DNA of 63,371 nucleotides. It comes from Chlorokybus atmophyticus. Lineage: Eukaryota > Plantae > Mesostigma and Chlorokybus algae. The stretch lies in the NCBI GenBank assembly GCA_009103225.1, contig RHPI01000638.1, forward strand, positions 682,630 through 746,000, written 5' to 3'. Made by a program: the position numbers and the translations under genes. Position 1 is the first letter of the stretch. Every line of letters begins with the position of its first letter. This document shows positions 22,344 to 36,416 of the stretch, in pieces. The notes under the pieces were generated by a model. The model made no database searches and was not told the origin of the DNA. It saw nothing but the letters and a program-made list of their open reading frames with translations.

Positions 22344-25300
22344 TCAAGTACTGCTATGTTTATGCAGTTGCAACAACAGCTGCTTAATGTCCGCCAGCTC
22401 CTTGCTTTGCTCTTCCAGCTTCCGCTCAAGTTTCAACACATGCGTCTGTGACACACAGACTTACTCTCAGCATGCTGGCAAATCAATCCCACAGCCCGCA
22501 CCGACATTGTGCAGTTTGCATGATACCACACTTTAGTGAGACAACATGTGCCTGTACGTCATTAAATGCACCTTCGACGCGGAGGTAACGCAGCGCGCAT
22601 TAGCATCGGCATTCCTCTTATTGTCAGCCAGGAGTCTGATAATGATCATGGCCTGCTGCCTCTGATGCTTCTCTGATGCTTCCAGATGAGCCTCAAGCGA
22701 CTCCCAGAAAGCGCGCGTCTGGTCGATGCCATCCTTATAACTCACCTGGCAGATATTGATTGAAAGATGATACTCCTCTACCGCATGATGTGTGTACGTG
22801 AGCAAAGGCATCAACAAACCTGGCGCGTGAGGAAGTAGTCGTCAAACCTGCCATTGAACACAAACATCCCGAGGTCTTCGGTGTACTGACTCTTGATCCG
22901 AACAGCACACAGCTGGCGCTTAAGAAGGAAACGGGCGTACTTACCAGCCCACTCCTCTATCGCCATCTGCAAGAAGCAATCTCTAGGCACATACAAGAGA
23001 CAGCACAACAAGTGATTACACCCTTACCCACCTGCTGGATGCGGGAGTAGGTGAAGTTGATGAGGGCAATGAACAAGTTGATGCACAGTATAGGCAGGAG
23101 GACAAGGAATAGCATCAACAGGATGACACCGGGGGCACTGTGTGCCGATGATGGCCAGGAGACAAGCCCAAACATCAGCTGCAGTAAGTAAAAAGCACTG
23201 CGTTGAGCTGGCCTGAATTCCTGCACATGGAGTATTTCTCAAGGGAAAATACCGCAATTGATGTTGTTGTCTGTTTCTCTCAAGTTCACAGTCTTAATGT
23301 GGACATAAAGTGCACAATGTCAACAATGACGACATCATTACTTTCTCTGAAGTTCACAGTTTCATTGCGGACATAAGGTAAGCAATATTTATCAACAACG
23401 AGGACATCATTGTTGATAAAAAGTGGTCAACCATGTGGACATTGTAAGATATTGCATCCGCAGCTTTCTTACGTTTGTCTCCGGATCGCTGGAGGAAGTA
23501 ATGAGCATAAAGGCGAAAGGAAAACCAGGGTACAGCACCAAGAATATGACAATGAACTTCACCATGTCTTGTCGCACAAACTCCTGTACCACATCAGAAC
23601 CAACACATCAGACATGTGAAACATTGTTACTTACTTGCACTAATTATGCTGGCATGCGCGCATTGTACCAGGGCAAAACGCACCTGCACCATGATAAAGA
23701 AGGGTCCTATACCCCGGAACAGTTCCAGGTAATGCACAAGGCGGAACCACACAGACAACAAGGCAAACGCGACAACCGCGCGCAGCACGTCCGAGTCCGG
23801 AGGCGCACCAGCGTGTACAGCCAAGCAGCCTGCTAACATCGCCCCGTAGGTTGATAAGGATATAGCGTGCGTCACACGATCTGGAACCATCCCCTGCAGA
23901 CATGCAACCCAAATGAACAGACCGCTACCGCAATTGCATTCAACTTTGTCTTAAGGAACTTAATTAAGGTGTGTGCACTCTCATGCACATGTGACAATAC
24001 CCTTGCCTCTTACTGACACAGGCTCATAGGCAAAACCAAGCAAAACCTAATACCAGGTTTCAAGGCGTACCCTGCGTGTCTCAAACAAGAAGTCGAACAC
24101 TTGCACCATAGTAAAGAACAATGCAAAGAACAGCGTGCAGCCCGTAAATGCGCGTAGTGCGGGAGTGGCTACAGCACTGGCTTGCTCGCCAGCGTCGTTA
24201 GTAGTTGTACGCGCTGCTATATTGGACATTTCCTGCGCCATCGCACTGGAGGACACAACCAGAAAAATGAACAGCGCGAACTCGGCCCAGAAGCACATAC
24301 GTCCAAACTGTTGCCATTTCCACTGCAGCAGGGCAAGCACCGATGGCTGAACCAGCGCTTGCAAACGGTCCTTCACAACCTGTGTTTGGTATTGGCGAGA
24401 CAATGTATCACTGCGCGGAAGCTTCACTCAACACAAGCGTCTCAACCAACAACCACGCATGCAAACCTTTATGCCTCTCACCATTGCCTGCAGCGCAGTC
24501 TCGCCTGCAGGTGTGCATGCTCCGTCCGGCCAGACCACGGGATGATGGCAGCTGTCCAGCATGTGCAAACCCCCAAACTCAAATGTGCAGTAGCCAGCGC
24601 TGTCGCGAGAGGTCACTCTTCGTTCCAAAGAGCCCTGCAATTGCACAGATTAGCCAAGCAGCAGAATACTGCAATACTGCTTGAGTGCAACCTGTAATAT
24701 GTCTATGGTTGACGTCTGTGCTGAATACAAGCTCTAACACACCAGAAGCTCTGGCAGAATTGTCACGTCGGAAGCGTATGCCGCCATAAGTAGGACCCTG
24801 GCATCCGGCTCCAGGCAGTGATCGAGCAGAACCTGCACCACCTTGATGTGCGCGTCTGTTGGCATTTGTATGCTGAAAAAGGCGTAGTACCTGTGGTGTG
24901 ATGGTAGGGCTCAGGTAAGTGCAATGTGGGCCCAACTAGCAAAGTTGCAAACAAGTTAAAAAGACCTTTTGCCCCACCAAATGTCGCGCTGGGCGGCATC
25001 CTTGATAACGGGGTCAGCTCCGGCATGCAACAGCACATCAATGGCCTCCAACTGGCCCTGCACACAACCAATATGTTCAGAGCTGGAACTCACATTTTAC
25101 TCCAAACCCACTGTGCTGACCTTACATGCAACAAAAGCTGCTTGATGCTGAATATACGAGTGACACGGGCTGAGAAGACTCACGTCAACAAAAGCACACA
25201 GTTGCTGCGATGTCATCCATGGTTTTCTACCAAGTGCACTCACCCATCGCACTGCTGCCATCAAAGCTGACTGCCCCTGTGAATTCTTTTCCATCTCTCC

Positions 25301-26894
25301 ATCATCCACGGCATTGATGTTGACATATGGCAATTGCAACAACCGCTTCAACTCCGGCACATCCCCGGCCTGCAGGTGCAAACAGCATGTTACAGGTATG
25401 AAAACCTCATCACCTTTCTGACTTGCAATGCCACTTCCACACTGCGTCGCAAACGGCCCGGTGACAGCTTGCATACACACACCATGGCTGCTGCGTACAG
25501 TGCTCGCTGCGGAGGTAGCGAAGCGGCACCGTGTTGCTCATCAATCACACTCAAGTCTTGCTCAGCATAACCCGCTGGCGTATGCCGCGCAGACTGCCTG
25601 CAACATCAATGTTAAACAAGTCACACATTCGCCAACTATGTGTCCTGTTTTGACCTATTGTGTGCATGCTATGCGCGTGTGTGGGGTATACATTTGTACA
25701 TGTGTGCGCGCGAACACGCATGCACATAAGCGTAGGTGCACGTGTGAACATGCGTGCATATGATGTTGTTCGCATGTTAATGCGCACAGTTTAAACTGTG
25801 CTCGCACAGGCATCTGCGTGCGTACATTTACATGCCTGTGCGTGCTTGTGTGTATGTAGTTCACAAGCCAAGCGTTTGGCGTAAATTTGGTTGAGTGCCA
25901 AGTCCTTGACAGTGCTTGCGCGCATGCGCTCACGCTACCAGTGCTTATGCACTGTATGTGCATGTGCAGAAGCGCCGGGCAGGGGTGCTAGCGTGCGTGC
26001 ATGCATACGGAATGACTTGAGGTGCATTAGTAAACGAATCCATACCCGAGGTGTGCGGCTGATGGCTTGTGAGTTTGGTTGAATGAAGGCACGTTCCTCA
26101 GGTTCAACCCAAAGCGGTATCCACGGAAGCCTAGGTCATGGTAAGACCTGTATGCTTGCACTAAGCACTCCTCGTCATCAGAAGCATCACTCGCAGTCTC
26201 TTCGTCCTTGGGCATGTCGGCATCCTCAACCTAGTGCAAAACACACAGTGCTACATTGTGCTTATGCAGTATACTAGTCTAGTCACAAGACTTTAAGGAA
26301 ACTGGGTGCAAAGACATCCTGTTCCAGGTCAGGACTACCACTGTATGTCACGAGTGCGCCTGCTGGCTGTGAGGGCCTACCTTGAAGTTCCTGGAGCGTT
26401 TCTTTTTACTTCTTGAAACCCATTCCTTGACGGTCTCCTCAATATCGTGAGGTGGAACGAATGCACCATGATGATGATGGCCGTTCGACTTGCTGGCTGA
26501 ACCTGCCCAGTCGTGACCAGTCATGTGCGTGGACAATTTATATTTCAACTGCATGACCGCAAGCTAACAGCCTAACAACCAAGCAATTGTTGACTGTTGC
26601 AAAGCAAGCGACCGGTGTGAATTCCCAGGTGAAAAAGGACCCTTCTTCACCTGTGCACGTGACAAAATTTGAATGCAACCAACCTGTGAGTGCAGCTCCG
26701 CCCATGAGCTTTGCAAGGCGTTCAGCCTCGGTGTCCCCGTTTTCTTCATCGTGCCTAGACTTCTCACTCGCATGTGTCCGCAGCCTCTGGCCGCTGCCTG
26801 CACTACTGCTACTGTACTCTCTAGTGTGCTCTTCGGGTTGTCTTCCAAGCGCATTGAAGAAAGTCGTCCAAGGGCCGGAACTCATTGCTTCCAC
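22344..26894 (-). CDS. Ankyrin-repeat transient receptor potential (TRP) cation channel; the 5' end is uncertain and may extend to about 27460
   Basis: Ankyrin exons (LLQLPYVNINAVDD...GQSALMAAVR; GQLEAIDVLLHAGADPVIKD), pre-S1 VLALLQWKWQQFGRMCF, S4-S5 WFRLVHYLELFRGIGPFFIMVQ, DMVKFIVIFLVLYPGF, pore/S6 LLQLMFG...CINLFIALINFTYSRIQQ, and a C-terminal coiled coil LERKLEEQSKELADIKQLL. Confidence 0.82.
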
Positions 26895-28844
26895 CTGCTG
26901 CCGCTACCTCTGCTTCTCACCCAACATTTCAACCTCACCCTTGGCAGTAGTAGACCACTGCTAGCGACTATGCTGCGCCAGCTGTGGCCTTGATGGCCTT
27001 GATGGCCTCATTTCAAGCTTTGCACCAGGCGTCGCAGCGAAAGCGGCCTCTGTGCACGGCCCACTTAGGCCAGCCAACAAACGTTCATGCCAAGCATGGC
27101 TAAGCATGAGGAAAGAAGCATGGTGGGGCAGCATAGACGGCCAAACTTCTTCTAAAGAATACCAACAAGGGCAGCGGTACAAACAAGCTGACCAGGCCGG
27201 CGCCACACCCAGGAGTTGAACACCGTCGCCCTTCCCGCCGTCAACCCCGCCTGTGCAAGCCGGCTGGACCAGTGCACAGTGGGCGTCCAGATTCAAAGTT
27301 GCATGCTTCACCGGGAAAATCTGCCGGGAAAATAGGATGCCGGTACCCACCTGAGATTCATGTACCGGCAGGCAGCCATGAGCAGCAAGGGGAAAGCGAC
27401 AAAAGTGGGTACGTGGCTGCTCAAGTCCTCCCCACAACTTGCTCAGGCGGGAGCTATCACGCAAGGCGTCGACGACACAAGCTCATAAACTTTACATTGT
27501 CAAGGTGTATCACATGAATTGATACAATACATTTTTTACTGTGGTCAAGATATACTGCAGGTTGTGTCAATGATGTATACATGTTGTGCTCAGCTTACAT
27601 GGATTAGCTTACATGAATGTGCCATAAACCTGTTATACTACATTGTTTAATAATGTCAATGTATGCGGATGCTAAAATGTTAATATAAGTAATATACATA
27701 TATATAATATAAAAATTGAATTTTAACTGAGTATTATGCAACTATAGTGTACAACATTTAAGGAGCTATTGGTGAAAGCTCATTAACAATAAGCGTTGCG
27801 TGTAAACTAATGCTTACCTTCGTCAAGCATATTAACATGTATGTTCATTATGCGTTGTGAGTACATGCAGCATTCATGTGTAAAAGTATTTTATGTTTGG
27901 TCAGTAATATTTCACAAGAACTATCAATCAATTTGCAGTTACTATTAATAACTGATTGTGTTATGGCAAATCAAGTTCAACAGCATGTGCGCATTTGTTG
28001 TTCATGCCTAGCTGGGCATATCAGCGTATATTGCCAATTGATGGTGGATGAAGTTGTTCACATTCGGGGTTACATGCCGCGCTGTGTGTGTGTGTGCGTA
28101 CAACAGACACTCGTATGTACATCGAGTAGTACGTGCTTTGCATAATCATTTATAGACCCTTGTCATGTGGTCGTGCATGCGTGATTGATATCGAGTGAAA
28201 TATACATACTTGATATGTAAGTATGCGTGCACATGAGATAATGATATACCATCATTGCTTGCCACATGAAACCCAATTAGCGGAATGATAACTTTCTCAA
28301 CATGAACTTCTTGCAAACGGTTCGCAATGGAGATTTGAGTTCGGTTGAGGGAAAACATGCGGGGCGGTTCAGTAAATAATAAGCTAGGTAGTGGTTTAAT
28401 TGAAGATTAGTATTGTATTTTGCATGCCATATCACATGTTGTAAAACATAGATTTCATCACTCAATCGATACTTTTACCCCTCCCCCCCTGGTTTGGAAC
28501 CTTATATGTTTGAAATGCCTTTTGGTCTTCATGTGTGCCAACACTGCATGTGATGCTGCATGCACCCATTCAGAATCAAACAGAGTCTCCGTGCATTATG
28601 CATGCAGATACTGTTTACGCTGAGTTTGAGCGGACATCTATGATTGTGAAATGATGTGGTGATCCTTGCAATTCTCAATCCAACACCTCATCATCGTCAT
28701 CCTCTGACGTCGCTCCCAATGTGACCTTCTCATACCTGTGACACATTGCTCAACATCTATGCATCACATCGGTGCACATCACGCACAATGTCTTTGTGCA
28801 TACCATCACATTGGTGCGTGGCAATCTATGAAAGCACTTTAATC

Positions 28845-30825
28845 TTACTTGGCAAGTCGTTGCTGTAGTGACTTGATCTGTTCAGTCTTGGACTGCATCA
28901 TCTTCTTCAATGTCAGAAACGGTTTGGAATCGCTGAGTTTGGTGTCAAGTGCTCGCTCAGTTTGCTTCAACTCCAACTTGGCAGTCCTCAACTCCTCCTG
29001 AGCGAAACATTGAATGGTGTGATGAATGGTTGGGCACTGTACCACACCCACAGCAGCAGATGAACAAGCATGGCTGATGGCCCAATGTTATACCTGTAGA
29101 GAGAATACTTCTTTGCGTGCGGTCACAAGCTGGTTGTGCAACTCGCTCGCTGCCTGTACACATGCACAATGTCAGGACAACGCATCAACGCAAGGACGGA
29201 TGTTGGTCAAACATGGGTGACGCCATGCTGCACCTTTTCCGACATCACGGAAGCCTGCATCTGTGCCTCCTGCTGCTGCTTCTGAAGCTGCGCCAACTCC
29301 TCTCGCGTGGCCCTTGCTTCCGAGTCCCTACTTTCAGACTTTGAAAGACAATAGAAATCTCAGAAGCCATTCAGAAACATTGCAGACACAATGAAGAACG
29401 TGCTCGTGGAGACGCACACGTGTACACGTTCTTCATTGTGTGAACTCTCGTACGTGTGTACGCGCACATGCGAGCATGTGCGCGTATACACGTACACATA
29501 AGCAAGTCATACCGCTTGTTTGCCAGACTCCAGCTCAGCAGTCAAGCCGTCTATTTTGCTTGAGAGGGCAGCGCACTCCTCAGCCAGCTTACTCTTCTCT
29601 TTCAGTATACTTGTGCACTGCAGTACATGTTCACTCACTCAGCCGCACTTCAACGTCTCTCCCAGTTTCCCACACTTATCCAACCCAACATATCCCGTGT
29701 ATCTCTTCTTTCAACCTGTGTCTGCAGCGATGCGAAGCGCTCCCTCAGACCTGTCAGCTCCTCCTTGGCGGCGTCCCTGTCCATCATGGCCTTGGCGTCC
29801 ACGCCTGTGCGCTGGCCCTCCGCCACTCTCGCCAGTCTTTGGGGCTGCACGTGATACAGAGAGACACACATGACAACATGCATCAGCACACGCATGTTGA
29901 CAGACTGTCTTTCTCACCTTGATTGCGAATGCGGAAGCGGGCTTGGCCTGGCCCTCGCGGTCCAGCTTGGCTATCTCACTCAGCAGCGACATGTTCTCAA
30001 GCGAGGACGTGTCGGTGTAGAGCTCCGCATCCACCTGTTGTTGTGCACAACACTCTTTTGCCCCCGTCCAAGAGAGAGTACGTGAGCGCACTCACAGATG
30101 CGCGTACGCACGCGTATGTACCTGCACAAGCGCGCAAACACACACGCGCACGCATAGGCACATGCATTTGCACACGCAAGCGCACACGCACCACAGTCTG
30201 TGCCTGGATGAGGAGTGTCCTGAGCAACAGCGCAGCGCCATGTGCGGCGTGCTCCATCTCGCGCTCGAGCGCGGCCGCCACCTCTGCCCGCACCCCCGCG
30301 GCCAGGGCCTCCACGTCCGTCCGCGACCACACCACGCCATTGCTCGCGGTGACGGCGGCATCGTCCTCTGACGATGATGAGGAGGAGAGGCCCCGTAACG
30401 CCGCCGCATCGTCAAAGGCCATGCAAACCTGCCATGGACACCGATGTTGACGTTGTTGTTGTTGATGATGACGGTGATGATATGACAACGATAGGAGTAA
30501 TAAAAACCTTCACGACTGTAAACGTGATGGTCATGAAGCACAAATACCACATCTGAGCTTATTGACGGAACTTCGTTGCGAACAGTGGCCATGATGAGCA
30601 CAAGAGCACATCAACGGAGCTTAAGAAAACAATGCTCGATGCAAGCAGCCCTTTAAGAACTGCTGTGCAGGTGCAACTGCTTGCCGATCCGATCGTTATG
30701 CTTTGATATGCGCCAAAGTGCCTGACCTCGCGCAGGTGCTGCTGCCTCTTCATGGCGGCGAACCGCAGGTACGCCTGCACCTGCAGCTCGTGCACCTCGC
30801 TCAGTGTCCCCCCCGCAGCCGCCAT
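28845..30825 (-). CDS. LZTFL1: LZTFL1 (BBS17)-like ciliary trafficking regulator; multi-exon
   Basis: LSEVHELQVQAYLRFAAMKRQQHLREV, DVEAL...EREMEHAAHGAALLLRTLLIQAQ, DTSSLENMSLLSEI and the C-terminal FLTLKKMMQSKTEQIKSLQQRLAK match the LZTFL1 layout as I recall it. Confidence 0.8.
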
Positions 30826-31243
30826 CTTGCTGCCCTGCTACAGTCTAACCTTTGCCTCCGAGTAGGCCTACGTGGCTTGGCCTGGCCGGGAGAACACAGA
30901 TCGTCTGGCCCAATGCTTGCTCCCCGGCCTGGCCTGGCCTGGTCGTTTGTGCGAGCAGCACGTCTCAAACAGCCGTTAAGCCGGATAAAGGGCTCATTTA
31001 CCGTTTTTGTCTTAGCATGGCCGCAGTGCACGCCGTTGATGCTTGACTGGCGTCACATGACCCTTGGATCCAACGGTGCTCGTGCGTCGACTCAACACAG
31101 CCCCCCGTTATAATAAAGCATGTGCAGGTTATGAGGGATTGCGTACCTTGGTCAGTGACAAAAAGGGTAGGCAATGCCTATACCTTTTATAAGTACCATA
31201 TTCCGTCCAACACAACCCCTACAAACAAGCCCCCCCCCCCCCC

Positions 31244-31383
31244 NNNNNNNNNNNNNNNNNNNNNNNNNNNNNNNNNNNNNNNNNNNNNNNNNNNNNNNNN
31301 NNNNNNNNNNNNNNNNNNNNNNNNNNNNNNNNNNNNNNNNNNNNNNNNNNNNNNNNNNNNNNNNNNNNNNNNNNNNNNNNNNN
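31244..31383. other. Assembly gap (140 N) after a poly-C run
   Basis: N run seen directly. Confidence 1.
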
Positions 31384-33606
31384 ATATATTAGAGATGTAA
31401 GTTGCCTGTAAAAGGGGGGTCACAAACAAAGCTCCCCCTACCCAATTTAATGTATGTGTATTTATCGTTAATTTATGCCTTTCGATACACCTCAGGTATA
31501 AGGGGGGGGCGGGGGTATTCGAGGGAATATGGTAAGCTCATTTTATGACAAGAAGCTCACTATGATCCTGTACTAATTATGCTCATGTTTAACCATTTAA
31601 GGTGGGATGGGGAAGGGGGAGGATCGACGCTAAGCTTTATTTGTTGTTGATATAACAATAAAATCATGGTCACAATCGTATATAATTAACCTTTCTTTTT
31701 GATATGTGATCAATGATTTGCATGGCAAGTTACGTAATGTGCATGAAATGCACATGTTATGTCGAGCAGATGTAACATTGCATGTTGATGACACATTCAA
31801 TTGTCACAAGAAGCGGGGGGTGGGGGGCATGGGGGATTAAGATGCTATCTTCTTCGCATCTTTTCAAATTAGTATATATTTTGTTAAATTAGTATATATC
31901 GTGCACGATGATCATTTTCTATTGCGACACGATGCATACACTCTTTCGAAACTGTAACAACTATACGTATTGCAACTATAAGTATTGCAACATGTGTACC
32001 AAAGGTGTATGCTATGGTTCTGCCTGTACTATCACATGCATCGGTGTACAAAAAATACAATTGATGTTTGAAAAAAGCACATGTGCTAGTCACATGCATC
32101 GCGTGTAATGAAAGGTGTAGAATTTACAATATGACATGACTGTCTTTGTCATGAGGTGGTGATGTGCGCAACGTGTCACATACTATCAAGCCAAACATCC
32201 ACTTTAAGCTAGCACATTGATGCTGCATCAATAAGCTCCAACTATCTTGTACATTGTAACAATTAATCATATGACTGATACTGCGATCATTAGCAGTGCC
32301 TACACTAAGCATTGTGCAAACAAGAGTTGTCATTTGTTACATGAACAAAGTAATATGTGGTGACGTTACACTGTGCCGTTCAATGCGTAGATTAGCAATC
32401 CTTATTGCATCGGGTTTTTACATTACCACTCTGCGATAATCCTTGTATTTACCCATGCCTGAGACATTAAGGACACTTATGAGTGTAACCAAAGTGGATT
32501 GAGAAATTGCAATTAAAGACAATTCTCTATCGGAGCTAGCCACTTGTTTAAATGTAATCACATGAGCGCAACCACAAACATGCAGGTAAGCCCATGTCCA
32601 TATAATGGCTAGCTACACCACTCCACTTGCTGGTGTGATTGACCTTGAACATAAGGTGTTTTGCGCTTGAAGCAATGCAGGATTTGGCAGCATGCGACGC
32701 AATGCCTAACGGGGCTAGGCGGTTGTGATAGCTTGGTAGTGATTAGTGTAGTTGTGTAGGCGTGCTTGCATGCCACTGGCATGCATGCGAGTATGCTTGT
32801 GCAGTGATAGGCAGGGATGACACTACGTAGCTTGGTGTGACGATGTTGCTGTTAGTGGAGAGAGAGATTAGCCCGGTGGTAACAGTGTGAACCCTTCGAC
32901 AGAGATAATGAAGTAGCATTGCTGTGCAGTAATGTTGCCTGCGTATGCCACACGGCACTTCACATGTCCTATATGCACATCACAGTGCATTGGGGGATGC
33001 ATTATGCAGTGTCAGTGTTTTACTGCAGGCATTTGTTGCCCCACCTCTACTCCCTCCACATACCTTATGCACCGACCTTTGATTGACTGAAAGCCCCAAC
33101 ACTGAGGTTACTCCTCCTTGTGCGCACATCGTAAGCAATGCCCTCTACATGCAACTGCCACTAAGAGAAGTCATATAGTAGGATCTCATGCAGTACACGC
33201 TGCACATACAATGCGATGTGCAACTAAGCACCCATCACCACATCAATGCATGCAACTTACGTGTGCATCCACCTACTTGACATACCCGCACAAGCAAGTT
33301 CATTTGTATAGGAGGCATACTGTCAAATGAACGAGCATACACCAAGACTACTGCATTAAACATTGAAGAACACAACAGACAATTCTTGTGGGCAATCGGT
33401 GAGTGACAGGAATGATGATGAGCCACCATCCTCTCCCCACCACTAGGCAATGCACACAGCACAACACCCTGCTTATGTTGGGAACAACATTCGTATGCAA
33501 CAGGCTTGCACCTGTTGTTGGCTTGGTAATAACAGATTGTCCAACCAATCAAGCTACACCGGGCTTTGTGGCGTGTCCTGACCGATGGCCTATCATACCC
33601 AAACGC

Positions 33607-34764
<1,158 letters not shown>

Positions 34765-35633
34765 GGTGACGGCGACCGCAACGACAGCGGCAGCGCCGAC
34801 GGCGGCGGCGACGGCGTCCTGCGCGGAGAGAACGTCACTGTGGGCGGCTGGCGCCTGATGCCCGCTTCGGTCTTACCGGACGGCTGCGGCCACTACGAAG
34901 TTATGCAGTTCTACAGGCAAATCGCGTCGTTAAGATCTAACACACGCTGCAACACGCTTCGGACACACTGATAGCGAATTAGGGTTAGATTTAGGGTCGA
35001 GGTGGCAGTGGAGGGGACGGCGACGGCGGCGGCGGCGGAGGAGCAGGAGTAGTAGTGGGTGGCGGAGGTGCAGAGTGCACGTCATCAATGCAAACAGGGT
35101 GTCGCCATGCTTAGATGTCCTTCTTTCTTTGGCTTCTGGTGCTAGTTGGTCTCAAAGCTTGTGACATAGGTACACGTTTTGCACTCGTTCGCTTGTGCCT
35201 TGGCGGCAGCATGGGAGCAAGCGTCCTCTGTGATTAATTGTGGAGTCGCATGTGCCTGCGCCTTCACTGACCATTGTATGGTGCATTTTGATCACACTAA
35301 GTTTCCGTTGTCTCAGACGATTGTGGGTCCGTTTCGCGCTGCGTACATTGTCATTCTGCTATTTATTGGTATATCAGGCCTCGTCACTGAACCGCTTAGT
35401 GGAACGCTTACTTATGTGTTGTTGCTTTCAACCATCAGAAACACACAAGTTGATATACACGAATCACTGGTGCAATCATGCAGTTGTCCTGCAACTTGCG
35501 CTGCTGGCCTGGCATTGAGCTGCAATTACAATGGTGTCTCTTCTTACCCTTCATGCACAATGTGAATCGATGTGAATCGAATTATACCACAGGGTAAGAG
35601 AATATCTCTCAGCAAGACAGAAGACTGTATTGA

Positions 35634-35807
35634 AGTAGAGTAACTATTGAGGTCAAGATTGTAACTACCAGACGCCGGATACATGCCTGCACAGTACCCA
35701 CATCAAACTAGAAGACTGTAAGTAGAGTAACTATTGAGGTCAAGATTGTAACTACCAGACGCCGGATACATGCCTGCACAGTACCCACATCAAACTAGAA
35801 GACTGTA
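35634..35807 (+). repeat. Two identical tandem 87-bp units
   Basis: agtagagtaactattgaggtcaag...ctagaagactgta at 35634-35720 and 35721-35807. Confidence 0.92.
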
Positions 35808-36416
35808 AGAGTAGTACTGAACAGTGGCTGGGCTAAGGGGGAAGGGCGGAGGGGCATGGTCCAGGGCGTCAACATTCTTAAAAAACAACACCATACAGCA
35901 TGTTGGCCCCATTTCCTGAACATCATAGACCTTGGCGTCTCTTGGGTTGCTTGCGCACTCAACTTCCTGGCCTGCTTCCTTCCTACCGCCTGTCTACCAC
36001 ATGTCTCTTACCCCTTTTCAAGCTGCCTTGTTGGTAATCATACAGGTTAGGTGGTGGTCAACGCTCAGGTGTCAGCATGGATTTGCAGACATGCAACTTG
36101 TTGACTGACGCGAGCATAAGCATATCTGATCAATGCATTGGGCTTTGTATATATACACGGGCATTTGTACGACACCTTGCATGTGTTGCTGCGTGCTGAC
36201 TGGACTACACGTTGTGCATGCGCATGCATGTCCTGCATTTGATGTACGCTGATGGCAAGAACGATTCACATCCACCCGTGGTGGGAAGCATAATGGCCCT
36301 TACGGCTCTCAGGTGTCAAGTACACAAGAATGGGATTGTAAGCAACGCCTGCAGCTAAGCACAACAGCCTGTACCAAACTAATATCCTGCATATGTCAAC
36401 TCTAGCTTCAATCAAG

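Noticed and set aside
23278-23377. About 30-bp imperfect duplication in a TRP intron
   Set aside because: Short, diverged and intronic; most likely neutral slippage.
28146-28358. HVHAY as an HUH rolling-circle Rep motif
   Set aside because: A single short motif in a 70-aa ORF in AT-rich DNA, with no motif I or III, catalytic Tyr context or helicase.
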